Assembly: GCF_009914755.1 (NCBI RefSeq)
Contig: NC_060926.1
Length of the DNA: 64,000 nucleotides
Source of the DNA: the human T2T-CHM13v2.0 reference genome, Homo sapiens
Strand: one strand, 5' to 3'
Position 1 is the stretch's first letter. The number at the start of each line of letters is the position of its first letter. This document shows positions 15,452-28,105 of the stretch, one piece after another. The position numbers and the translations under genes are program-made. The notes under the pieces were generated by a model. The model made no database searches, was not told the origin of the DNA, and saw only the letters and a list, made by a program, of their open reading frames with translations.

Positions 15452-16418
15452 AACTTTGCTTAATTTCATACTCCAGAAGTATGAGGTTACTAAGGGTATG
15501 ATTAGTCGTAGAGTCCCAGGTATTGAGGGTCTTAGGAATTTCTCTATGAAATCCTGTGAAAAACGAACATAGGCATGTGGCACACCAATTTGCTCTACTT
15601 CTATATCTGCATTTATTTTCATTCACCCCATGCTCCTGTTCTTCCCCATCACCCACACACAAGAATAAAGTTATGAGCTGTGGTGCAGAGGATTGCAAAC
15701 CTCTGTCCTAGTTGACTCATGGAGACTCATGACACCTACCCAACATTAAATGATGATACTGCTTGATTCGACTGTTAGAGCTGTTGCTTTTACTGGACAT
15801 TAGAAAAAGCAGGACCATTTTAGTAGCATCTTCCCTAAAGCTTAGGAAAGGTGAAAAGTATATGAAAAGAGAATTTCATATCTCCATTTAAAAGTGAACA
15901 GGATTGTCTTCAGCACCTTAGGCGTTGCTATTTATCTGATATTCCCTAAATTTGAATGTAGGGTTTTACATGCACATTAGTAGGTGATGGTGGTAGGAAA
16001 AGAGAAATTCTAGGTGATGGTAGGAAAAGAAATGAAGGTAATAGTGACATGGTTTGTTGAAAATTGAAATCAAAAGGACTACAGGATGAACACTGAGCTT
16101 TTCCAGTGATACCGTAACACCTCAGTCTGTAGAACCTCATCACCACGTCTTACTCTCCCGCTACTTGCCCTGTCCATGGGATTCAGTGGCAAAGTGGATT
16201 TCATCAGTGGCCATACTGGCCTGGCATAGCTACTCCTTACATTAAAAGTGTTAATTTAATATTAATAAGTCTGTGTAATTATCATACGTGATTCCTTCTC
16301 TCTGAGAAGTTATTTGTGTTAAAAGCTCTTCTGAGCCTGACTCTGGATTTAAGAGATTCTGTCTGGCCTACGTTCCATTTTATTGGACATGTTAAAGAAA
16401 AGGCTGTTTATGTACTCA

Positions 16419-16770
<352 letters not shown>

Positions 16771-19682
16771 TTATCTGAATGTCAAGTCAGATAAAATTTG
16801 AAAGGAACTTAATATTGTTAATTATATTTTCTCAAAAGAGTAAACACCATTTTTTGTGGGGGCCTTTTGATTTTTATTGAATTAGGAAATTGAATTAAAT
16901 TTGGCTAGTCTTTCCACGAGGAGGATAACCAGACTGCTGTTTTTTTGAATTCCATGACTGTATCCCAGTTCAAAATGAGAAGCCTGATTCCCTTAATGCC
17001 TGGGACTCCTGGGTTAGGCACTTTCTCTTTCATGGTACCAGGCTGGCCAGGAAGATCGGTGCATTTCCCTGCCCCAGCGCCCCAGGGAAGTGAGCTCAGT
17101 GTATGGTGGCCTAGGAGGGGTTGGGCTAGGGACACTTCGTCAGGGGGTGACTCAGCATAGAATGATAAGAATGTGCTAACCATGGATAAATATATGCCCT
17201 TGAAAGAAGAACTAAAGGCTTTACGGCTCTGAGACGGTTATTGTTACTGAAAGAGTCTTGCTTTAATTTTGTGTAGATGTTATGTGTATAATGTATATTG
17301 TAGACAAAAGTCCAGATTATTTCAGAAGTAGTAAAAATGGATGAAAGCTGTGAAAATGTAAGCTTTATGGATTATGCTAGTGTTTTATAATGATCCAGAA
17401 ATACCTTACAGGTTATGAGAAAGTTAATTACCTTCAGAATCCTAGTGAGCGGAGGGTATTCAGAGGAAACCGTTATGAAGAAAGTCAGCAAGGACCTGCC
17501 CGCAGTAGTTGTACTTTCACATTAAAATTGAACTGAAAGAATATTTTTTTCATAGAGAAAATTCAGACCGTTCTCAACATACAGTGACTGTGATGGTTTT
17601 ACAATTTATGTGTGAGGCACCTTCACAGTCCGCTTGCCACAGGAGTGTTCATCTCTGTCCTCATCGCAGTGTGGCCTCCCTTGTAGAGGAGCTCACTTTC
17701 CCCCTGCTGGGACATCAGTGGAAGAGCTAAGGTCCTGGAATGCCCCATTGGTGTTCAGAGTCCATTTTCATCCAGAAAGATACAGTTCTGCAGGATGGCT
17801 CAGCCTCTCTGTCTGGCCTGGGAACCCAGTGATCCTGTAGAGCAATATTTCTGCAAAAAGGTGCAACCTAAGCTTCAAAAACCAGCTTTTAAAAAGAGCA
17901 CAAGCTTTTGGACACCAGCGGTTGTCTGTGTGCCAGGCTGAAATGGAATTTCCTATCTCCATTTAAAAGTGGACTGCATTGCTGTTACGACCTTGGACAT
18001 GGCTACTTATCGGTCATTCCCGAATTTGAATAAAGGAATTTAGATGTGGGCAACATGCACAGTGCTAGCTTGGTTTGCCCTTTCCTCTACATTTGGATTT
18101 ACTGAGGAAATTTAGTTTAACATTTATCTTGAGTTCTAGCAATACATAGCTCACAAGATTGGGGCCTCTTGTCCTTCAGGGTCATTTCACAAGGTCAGGC
18201 AGTCTCTGTTTTTCCTCCCTGACTCACAGAGTATGGCTCCTTAAACCTCTACCTTCCAGGGATATGAACATAGGTGGCAGATGGAGACCCTGTGCTCTGC
18301 AGCAAACTAACTTGGTGGAGGATGCATTATGGGATACTTGCCTTTTGGTTTCACATTGGTTTCTTGGGCAGCATCAGCAGTGCCCGCTTTCAAGAATGTT
18401 GACTTAAAAGAGGGCTGGGTGGGAATGATGAAGAAAAGTAAACAGCATTGTTGCAGATAGTGTTGGCTGCAATGGTTACCTGCTAGGCCAATGAGTCACA
18501 CACTTAGGTCACTCATGAAGACGTTTTAATGTAAACTTTAAAAAGAAAAGACAAGTTTTCTTTAAAGACTTTTATGTTGATATTTCAAAAGAGAAGCATC
18601 AAAGTGACCATCTTGGGAAAAATAAGAACTTTGCAGGATGCCTTTATACCTATTTTGAGCTTTGGTATTGTTTTTATTTTGAATTACTTGTGGGGGAGGA
18701 GGAATATATCGCAATGGCTTTGATACTTAGGGCCTGTAAGGGTATCCAGCTGGCCCTCAGTCGGTGGGCAGGGGAGTGAGGGCTTTGGGGACTCCTCAGT
18801 CTCCAGTTTTGCATGATGCCTCGGTGGCAGTAGCGTTGCACCCGCCCAGTATGCAGACTAAATGCATGAGCCCCTTGCTTGATGCCCCACATAAAGCCAG
18901 ACCATGGGGAGGTTGCAACCAACTTTTACTGTTGCCTTGTAGTGTCTTGCTGGTTCTTTCTTTTCTCTTTAAACATAGGAGCCACTTTTTAGGAGACTGG
19001 ACACTGTGAGCAAAGCATTTTAACTTGCCGATTTTCAACTAAGCTAAATTCTGCATTTGCTTAACTAACCTGAACCTGTGTCCACTCTCCTTTGAGTGTA
19101 CTGTCTTACTGTGCACTCTGTTTTTCAACTTTCTAGATATAAAAAATGCTTGTTCTATAGTGGAGTAAGAGCTCACACACCCAAGGCAGCAAGATAACTG
19201 AAAAAAGCGAGGCTTTTTTGCCACCTTGGTAAAGGCCAGTTCACTGCTATAGAACTGCTATAAGCCTGAAGGGAAGTAGCTATGAGACTTTCCATTTTTC
19301 TTAGTTCTCCCAATAGGCTCCTTCATGGAAGAGGCCTTCCTGTAATAATTTTCACCTAATGAATTAGCAGTGTGATTATTTCTGAAATAAGAGACAAATT
19401 GGGCCGCAGAGTCTTCCTGTGATTTAAAATAAACAACCCAAAGTTTTGTTTGGTCTTCACCAAAGGACATACTCTAGGGGGTATGTTGTGAAGACATTCA
19501 AAAACATTAGCTGTTCTGTCTTTCAATTTCAAGTTATTTTGGAGACTGCCTCCATGTGAGTTAATTACTTTGCTCTGGAACTAGCATTATTGTCATTATC
19601 ATCACCATTCTGTCATCATCATCTGATTAATATTGTGGATTTTCCCCCTCTGCTTGCATCTTCTTTTGACTCACTCTGGAAG

Positions 19683-19731
19683 AAATGTCAAGAAGAGAAG
19701 GTTCGATCCTACTCAGCAAGGCCCCATCTGA
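19683..19731 (+). CDS. ADAM23: ADAM23 terminal exon, alpha/beta frame: cytoplasmic tail (K/E)NVKKRRFDPTQQGPI*
   Basis: A pyrimidine tract and ggaag acceptor end at 19682. The exon is in frame with both TM exons and has TGA at 19729-19731. This is the recognised ADAM23 C-terminus. Confidence 0.96.
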
Positions 19732-19822
19732 ATCAGCTGCGCTGGATGGACACCGCCTTGCACTGTTGGATTCTGGGTATGACATACTCGCAGCAGTGTT
19801 ACTGGAACTATTAAGTTTGTAA
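19683..19822 (+). CDS. ADAM23: ADAM23 terminal exon, gamma frame (both TM exons skipped): (E)MSRREGSILLSKAPSESAALDGHRLALLDSGYDILAAVLLELLSL*
   Basis: A phase-1 join from the upstream exon (outside the window) opens this frame to TAA at 19820-19822. A TM-less gamma isoform of ADAM23 is known. Confidence 0.8.
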
Positions 19823-22800
19823 ACAAAACCTTTGGGTGGTAATGACTACGGAGCTAAAGTTGGGGTGACAAGGATGGGGTAAAAGAAAACTGTCTCTTTT
19901 GGAAATAATGTCAAAGAACACCTTTCACCACCTGTCAGTAAACGGGGGAGGGGGCAAAAGACCATGCTATAAAAAGAACTGTTCCAGAATCTTTTTTTTC
20001 CCTAATGGACGAAGGAACAACACACACACAAAAATTAAATGCAATAAAGGAATCATTAAAAAAAATAGTAAATGATTTTTTTTCCCTCAGCCTGCTGGCA
20101 CTTAATATCTTCTAAATGATTTGGCATGATTTTTTTTTCTTTACTACCGATGACAAACTCCAGTGGCATGAAGATCTAATTTTCAAAAGGGTAAAAACTG
20201 CATGGCATATATACAACAAGCTAGCAAGCCAATTCTCAGCAAAACCTGCAACAGAATTCCTAAAGTGAAGATGACAGATGAACACAAAGAAGCTGCCTGG
20301 GCCTCTTCACTTAAACATGTCCCCACACCCCATCCTCTCGGAGCCCCACTTCTTACCCCCCACCTCCCACCCTCTATAATCCCCACTCCCCATTGGAGAC
20401 CAGGCCAGGGCAGAACTCCACGGACCTTGCTCTTGTTGATTCACTTTCCCCATTGTGTTTTCTCCTGGACTGAGCATCCTTTGGAAATGGGAGCTGGAAT
20501 TTGAACAATGATGCTATTGTATAGTTCTTTTATAAATGTAAATATGGAAATAAGAGATTTTGACACATCATTTTCACTTGTCTGTATTGAGATATTTTCC
20601 TTGTAAAGGTTCTCTGTAAACTTGAGTTGATTTTTTGCTCCCCATCTTTTTTGTTTCTTGTCTCTCTTTCTCTGTCTCTGTCCTTCTCTCTTGTAACGTG
20701 TTATACAATGACTCTTGGGCTTGCTTAAAAAGACAGATATAGCCACAGATGCAGGGAGTTTGGGCACAAAACACGTGCAGTTTAAAGTTGGTGTGCGTTA
20801 AACCAAAAATAAAAGGGGGGACATAAACAACAAAATAACCCATATCAAAGACACAAAATTATGTAAATGGAAATATATGTACTAAGTTTCGAAAATTTTT
20901 TGATGTCATTATAAACCTATGTAAATAATGTAAGAAAGTAGACACCCTTTCAGATTAATCACAAAAGTGCCAAGCTCATGATTTTGGTTTTCGGTTTTGA
21001 CAATTTTCTTTCCCTGTCTTTAATGTGAAAGGAGGATAAACTTAAAGCCTTAAATAAAAAAATTTTTTTAAATGTTAAAAGCTTGGAAAAAATTAAGCTT
21101 TCCATTTTATTTGTATTTGTTAGTGTCAATATTTCATCCATGCTCATTTTCCTGCCTCAAAATATATATGGTAGAACCCTATTGGAAAAGTGGTAATGGG
21201 AATAGAAGGAGCAGTTACCTTTGTATCCGCATTGTTAAAATAGGCTTTTATGCTGTGCTGTGCTTTCAAGAAACCTTGTTTGACCTCTGGCATTTTACTG
21301 ATCAGTGGACCGTTGCACTGGATTATAATGGGATTCTACTATATACAAATCCACATTGTTCTTCTCCCTCCAGCCAGATTTGCAGATGTAATCTGGGCTT
21401 TCCAAGTCCCTCTGAGTTTCCTTCACTTTTACTGATTTTTTTCTTCTAAATATGGTCAAGATAGCTTCTGTCACATGTTAAGTAAATAAGCTGAAGAAAT
21501 TTGGTCCCGGCTTTGTTTTAATGTACAAACCGGTACGTGATCACTTCAGTGAGCATCCCTCTATAGATGGGCTTTAGTAAAGACTGTCCCAAAGAGCCCC
21601 TACTTCTCTAATGCCCCCCCCTTTTTTTTTTAGGAAAAGAACATGCAGTTTTACTCATCACTTCTTCATGACACCAAATCCATTGCTAGGTTTAGCTCCT
21701 GGTCCCTTTTCAGCAAGATTCATGTTATCCGTCTTACAACTTTGATTTTGGAAAGTATTATGTCCTAAAAATGCACTGCTTAACACAGTGGGGTTTTTTT
21801 CCCCCGAGGTGTCTTTAACTGGGGAAGTACCACAAACATAGAGCAGAGACTTTAATTTCTATATTCTACAATAGACCATCACCAAACATCTTATCATGTT
21901 GTTGCTTTCTGAGTAATAGGTGCTACGCAGGTAGGCGGGCTTTCTCTAGGACTAGGTGTACGTTTATTTTGTAATAACAGGGCTATCTACAAGGCCTCTC
22001 AGCCTTACTCCTGGCTTCATAGGACACAGGTAGCATCCCTCTAGTCATTGGCAATGGCTCTTTCAGCTCGGAGGAAGCTTGGAGGAAACTCAGATTACTT
22101 GGTATCTTTTCCTGTTGCTGCATTGCTTAGTGTTTCCTTGTTGCTGGGTCCTACTCTCTAGTAGATACTAAACTGCTGTGAAGTACACCATACACATTTC
22201 ACTAAGATTCCAGAGCCACCTTGGTGACATAACAGAAACAAAATCATGTTGGTTACAAAACAAATTAAATCTCTATTGTTAACTTTTAAGCATTTCACAA
22301 ACAACATTGTAAATGTGCGATGTTACGTTTTAAATCAGACCACAGTGGTCCCCAAATATTATGTACATATGGCAAATGTCAGTGTAACTTTTTGTTACAC
22401 TGGCAATTTCATAGGTAATCGAACCTATGCTCCAATGTTAAATTATTTGTGTATATGTAAAATACACAAGCTTTAAGCTATGTGTGTATGAATATGAAAG
22501 TTAATGCAACCATATCAATTGTAAAAATGGATTATAATTATTTTTGATGGTATTAGGTTATGTAGTTTCAAACTCTTTGCTGTATTTTGTTTTGCACCTG
22601 CCATTCATTTGCTAATTTTTGTGGCGTGGAGATTCTTTTTTATTAATTTGAGCTCACAGCACAAGTGTATCACTGTTTAATGTTACCCAACAAGAGTTAG
22701 TGTTAAGTGATGATCAAGTTCCCATTTCACCTGCTCTACTTTTGCTGCATTAATTAATGACACCCGGATGAGGAGACGTGCGCTAACTTCATTGCTCATC

Positions 22801-23235
22801 TGGGATAGTGCATGAGCCCATTGAATTAGAGCTGCTCCTACTAGATAACTGAGCAGTACACATAAGTGCATGTTATGAAACATGAATCACATAGAGCAGT
22901 GGAGTTTTACCAAGTGGTGTGTGTGGTTTTTGTTTTTTACTATGCAAAGATGGGAAATGCACAAACTTTTCAAAGACTAGTGTCTGAAGAACTTTACAAA
23001 CAATACTTGAACCCTTTCTTTAAAGTTATCCCATCATGTTTTATAGTCATTGTTGCTTCCATTGTTAGTTTCCATTTTCAAGTGCTTTGTAATTTTTTAA
23101 GTGCACTACCTGAAATTTTGTTTGAAATTAATAAATTCATTCGTATCTTGTTGGCTGCCTATGAATGGAGATTCAGTAGTCATTGTATGCATCTTTAAGT
23201 CAAATGTGTATTAAAACTTTCGTTAACGTAGAATG
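19732..23235 (+). other. ADAM23: ADAM23 3'UTR (approximate distal end)
   Basis: Repeat-free AU-rich stretch after the stop. AATAAA at 20043 and 23130; ATTAAA at 23210 followed by GU/U-rich sequence. Confidence 0.7.
23210..23215 (+). terminator. Candidate distal ADAM23 polyadenylation signal (ATTAAA)
   Basis: Hexamer preceded by TGTA and followed by a GU/U-rich downstream element. Confidence 0.55.
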
Positions 23236-24434
23236 TTGTAGCTTTATGCTTTAATCATTTCTTTTAAACCCCCTTTTCTGTTTCCTCTTGTAGTGCTGAT
23301 TAAATGGCCATGTGCCTGATATCATCAGAGTTTTAGCATGGATCCAAAGGCTTACTGAAAATTTAAGCAGTCAGTGGCACAAAATAAAATCTCTGATTAA
23401 TGATAAATATATGCCTGATTACGATTCAGTTTTATTGGATTCATTGGAATTTTTTGCTTCTTATAAATCAGAAAAAACCCTACCTTAGGATCGCTTAGAG
23501 ATTTTTTTTTTTTAGTATCTCCCTTCTGAGTTTTAAGAGTGGATGGCTAGTAATAACATCCACACTTTGGACCTGGTACCAAATTTGTAATCAAGCAACA
23601 AAGAAAGTAGAAGGAAATCTGGTTATATAAATTGTATTATAAAAAACATTCTAAGGAAGGCATTTCTTCACAGCTCCCATGGAATTGGTCACCAAATTAT
23701 ATCCCTTCTTCATGAATGTCTTCAATATGTCTCCTCTCCATCCCATTGCCATGCCTTGGTTTGGCCTTAACAGACACATGTATCTCACATATATCGACTG
23801 CACTGACACACAGTTACTAATCTCACCACATTGATGAAAGCATTGCAGGGCTTTTCATTTCCTGTAAGTTAAGGCTCAAACTTAATAACACAACGTAAAC
23901 TCCTGCCCACCTCTCATGATCTCAAACCTGTTTCTTTTTGTAGCCTCATTGACTCATCCTCTTGTAGTCACCTTAAAGGTCCCCTAGAGGAACCTCTTGT
24001 ACTCAAGGCCCAACAATCTTATTTAAATGTTACGTCCATTACCCATAATTCATTCGTTTCCATGTCATTTCATGTAATAAATATAGAAACACTTTAAAAT
24101 AGCATGAATATTATACTTAAAATTAGAAAGCTTATTAGAGTATTTGAGTGTTGTTTATATTTGACTTTAAATGAATGATTTGTTTTTGTGTGTGTTTTCC
24201 TTTAAGTCATTCTGTTCTTGAGGATGACATTGAAATGAGTTCTACTCCATGCTTCCTTAGTAACTGGTTGAGAAAGGTGACCCAGAAACTCCCTAGATAA
24301 TAGAGCAGCAAACCTAGAGTTAAAATTTGATGTGAATAAGTAGATAATCCATATGCTTATGCTGGAATTCCCAAGTAACTTTTAAAATGTAAAATAGGTG
24401 CCCTTTAGTTTAATGTGCAAAGGTTAGGGAGTTC

Positions 24435-24800
24435 CATTCACTCATTTATTCATTCAGCATATTTATTATGTCTCTATGCTATGCCAGGAACTCCTAGGTA
24501 CTGAAGGAACAAAAGTAAATTCTTGGCTTAAAGTTGCTCACAATTTAGCAGGAAGAGACATGTTTAAAAAAAAAATTTCTAGACCCAAGGTGATGAGTAA
24601 ACAAAGCTACTCTTGTGCTGGGAGTAAAAAGAAGAGCACTGATGGGCAGGTGGGCGAGGGATGCAGAAGCCTTTCCAAAAGAAGTGAGTTTTGAACTATA
24701 TTGAAACATGACAAGAATTCACCAGTCTAACAAAATGGGAAACGTATTCAAGGCACAGGAAGCAACAAGTGCAAGACCCAGGAGGAGGCACCCAGACCCT
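24435..24800 (-). mobile_element. L2 LINE 3' fragment
   Basis: ttcactcatttattcattcagcatatttatt...tatgccagg is the antisense L2 tail. Confidence 0.65.
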
Positions 24801-26230
24801 TGGGTAAGTAGAGCTAAATGTCCCATCCATTCAGCCTCAGTTTCCTCCCTCCTCCGTTCTCTTCTTTGTTTCCTTCCTACCTTTCTACAACCTCTTGATC
24901 TGTAAGAATCCTACAGTAGTCAGGCTCCAAGGACACATGATGAGTTCAATCTTGTGAGCAAGATGCAACATGCAATGCTATGTGGCAAGTGCCATAATAA
25001 ACATAAATATAAGTTGCTTCAGAAGAAGAGAAGAGCAAGGCTTTGTCTCTGATCCTGGAGTCAAGGAGAGTTTCACAGAAGAGGTGGCAGTTGAGCAAGA
25101 GGCTGTGCCTGTGCAATTGGGCCTAATACTGTGATCCCTTATTGTGAGATTTAACCAGGGCTTGCTCGTTTTGGTGGTGGGACTAGGGGAATCCATTCAT
25201 AAATGCTTTGCAAGCACAACAACCCGTAATGCTCAGAATTGTCCTCACCAGATCTCTGAGTGTCTTTTGTTTGTGTGAAGATTATGATCTCTGTTAAAAC
25301 CTTATATTTTTAGACAGTTTTCCACCGATGTGCTCATGATGGATCAGTCTTAAGTGTATGAGACTGTCAGTAATGACAAAGAGGGCTTCTTGACCTGGGC
25401 TGTGAACCTCTAATATTTTCTTAGCATAAAAATTCCTAGCTAATCTCAGTCTGGAGTGAGGGGGTGGGTAAGAAGAACAATAAAAGCTTTTAAAGCATCA
25501 TTTAATATATCCTTCCACTAATTAGGGGTCAACATCATTTTCTAAGTATAGTTGAGCTTCTGGTGAACCAAAATTAGCATTTGTCTATCTGCTAAGCTTT
25601 GGAGAGAAGGTTATCATTCCTCAATCTTTTCAGAAGCCCATCCACAGCTCTGACTCCTTGACTAGAACAAGTTTTTGGCCATGTATATGACTTCTGGAGA
25701 GAAATGAAATGCCTTGAATCTTCACATGAAAACAGATTTCCTGCTGATGCTCCTTTAGCAGTTGATTGCATGTGCACACACACGTGTCCTGGTGTGATTG
25801 TTAAAGACTGTACTTGTGGCCCCATGGAGTCCACCCTTAGGAGAACATTTATCTGACTGTGATGATTATTGAAAGCCAAACTCGCCAAGTAAAGCAATTG
25901 GTCTTACAAAAACAAGGCAAAACAAAACAAAATCTCTCTGAATGATCAAGAGTATATGAAGAGTTCTTCAGATCTCTTTGGAGCTTTAAATAGCTTCCAG
26001 TCTTCAGGAGGTAAATGAGGTTGCAGCAGAGGTTCTTGCTTCTTTAGGCCTATAACTCAGGGTAAGGACAGAAAAAGGTAACTTGGATTATAAATGACAT
26101 CAGGGAGGCCTCTGTTTTCCAGCAACAGACACAGCCTTGTAGAGCCATTGTAACTCCTATAGAGATAGCAAATGGATTGTATGCAATAGCTTTAAACTGC
26201 TTTTCCTATATAGGTGAAATGGCTACAAAT

Positions 26231-26595
26231 CAAAGGTCACAAATGCTAAAGTCTACAGGAGCCAGTCAGTTACCAAAATGAGCTGAACAGGGCAATGGAG
26301 GAGACAAGGGCTGAGGGAGGCTGAACTGAGTTGGAGACCGTACACCTTGTCCTGAAGGGAGCAGCCTCTACTCAGCTCCAGACAATTGTCACTATGAGGA
26401 AAAGTGGCCCAGTCATTGCCCATTCCATTTATTTTTCTAGAGAAGCCAGAAATCCAGGCTTTTATATGAAATTTCCTTTTAAAAAATTGTAAAACTCATT
26501 CATATTTTTTAAACACTGTGGATCAAGATGGTGAAAACAGAACCTGACGTCACATAGGATTGGGTCTACTGGCACCTAGCGGGGTAGCTTCTACA
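26231..26595. mobile_element. MER102-like hAT DNA transposon
   Basis: ctactcagctccagacaattg and agagaagccagaaatcca...ttttatatgaaat motifs. Confidence 0.6.
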
Positions 26596-27513
26596 TAAGA
26601 TAATAGGACATTTTTATGTCTGCCCTCTGAAATCAGCTGATAGCTCCAGTGAGTATGCAGACATGGACTTGCTTCCAGTCAGGGTTACAGGGTGCCATGT
26701 GAAGGCTCAGGCAGACGTTCTTATGAATTGCCACTTACAGTGTTGACTTAACTATTGTTTTGTGTGGATAGGAAGCAGTCACTGAAAGCCACAGAGTATC
26801 AAAGAGAGCCTGCCTAAAGATACTTCGTGACGGTGGTGCTTTGTGTAATAACTAAGCTTACTCAGATATGCTCATTTATGGGAGATGAACTAAACCTATA
26901 TTGGCAAATTGAGGCTCATTCCTCAAATTGAGGAGCATTCCTGCATTGCTCATTGAGGCTTTGTCTCGATGTTCACTAAGGCAGTGTAGTGGCTGCCTGG
27001 ATCCTGAGCCAGTGATTAGAGAAAATGCTGTGGTTGATTTTGGTTGCCTGCTACCTGGCAACCAGAAGTACCTGACTAGGTCCGCATAAATCTTAAAACA
27101 GTGTTCCTTTCTGTCTTCGATTCTCAAGGATAATTGGAGATGGGGATGAATTAGTTGATCTAGCTAATCCAGAGGCCCCACGTAATATACTGGATCCAGG
27201 GAAATAAAGGATTCCTGATCCAAGAAATACAGAAGCTGAAAAATCCAGCAGGAAGGAACAACTGTTTATTTTTTTAATTGTTGTTTTCTGATAATTATGA
27301 AATCCTACATGTTTATTGGAGAAAACGTGAGAAAAAGAAAAATTTAAAGAAGAAAATTGAAATCAATATCATCACCACTTTATAATCTCCATTAATAATT
27401 TGTAAATTTCTTGAACTCATCATTTTCTTGGTTTTTCCCATGAACACAAAAGCAGCCTACAAAGTAGGCAGCCAGTAGTTCTTGCAGAGGATTTGTGTTG
27501 TCTCCCCTGCTCG

Positions 27514-27535
27514 TGTGTGTGTGTGTGTGTGTGTG
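27514..27535. repeat. (TG)n microsatellite
   Basis: Direct reading. Confidence 0.95.
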
Positions 27536-27832
27536 CACGCGCACGCCATGTGCCATGTTCTGCTGGCTTCAAAAGAGGGTGGGACAGTATGTTTAGGGCA
27601 AAGAAGTACTTTCTAGCCTCTTGGTTTTTGGCTTAACCTGTTTATACTACTAGGAAGACTGCTTTTGCCCACCAAAGCCCAGTCAAATTCCTATGCATCC
27701 CCAAGTGTCACTTCAAATATGTACTACCTCCTTCGTGAAGCCTTTCCTGATCTTTTTAAAGCTTTCTAGAGAGCTTTAAAAAGCTCTCTACAGAGAACAT
27801 GGGAGCTCCAGTTAGTGGTAGAGCTGGGATGA

Positions 27833-28105
<273 letters not shown>

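Noticed and set aside
15909-15930. RE1 left half TTCAGCACC
   Set aside because: The right half GGACAG is absent, so it is not called as a REST site on its own.
19590-19814. Third open frame across the ADAM23 last exon (74-aa ORF)
   Set aside because: Only double inclusion would enter this frame, and it stops earlier at 12011-12013; there is no plausible independent start.
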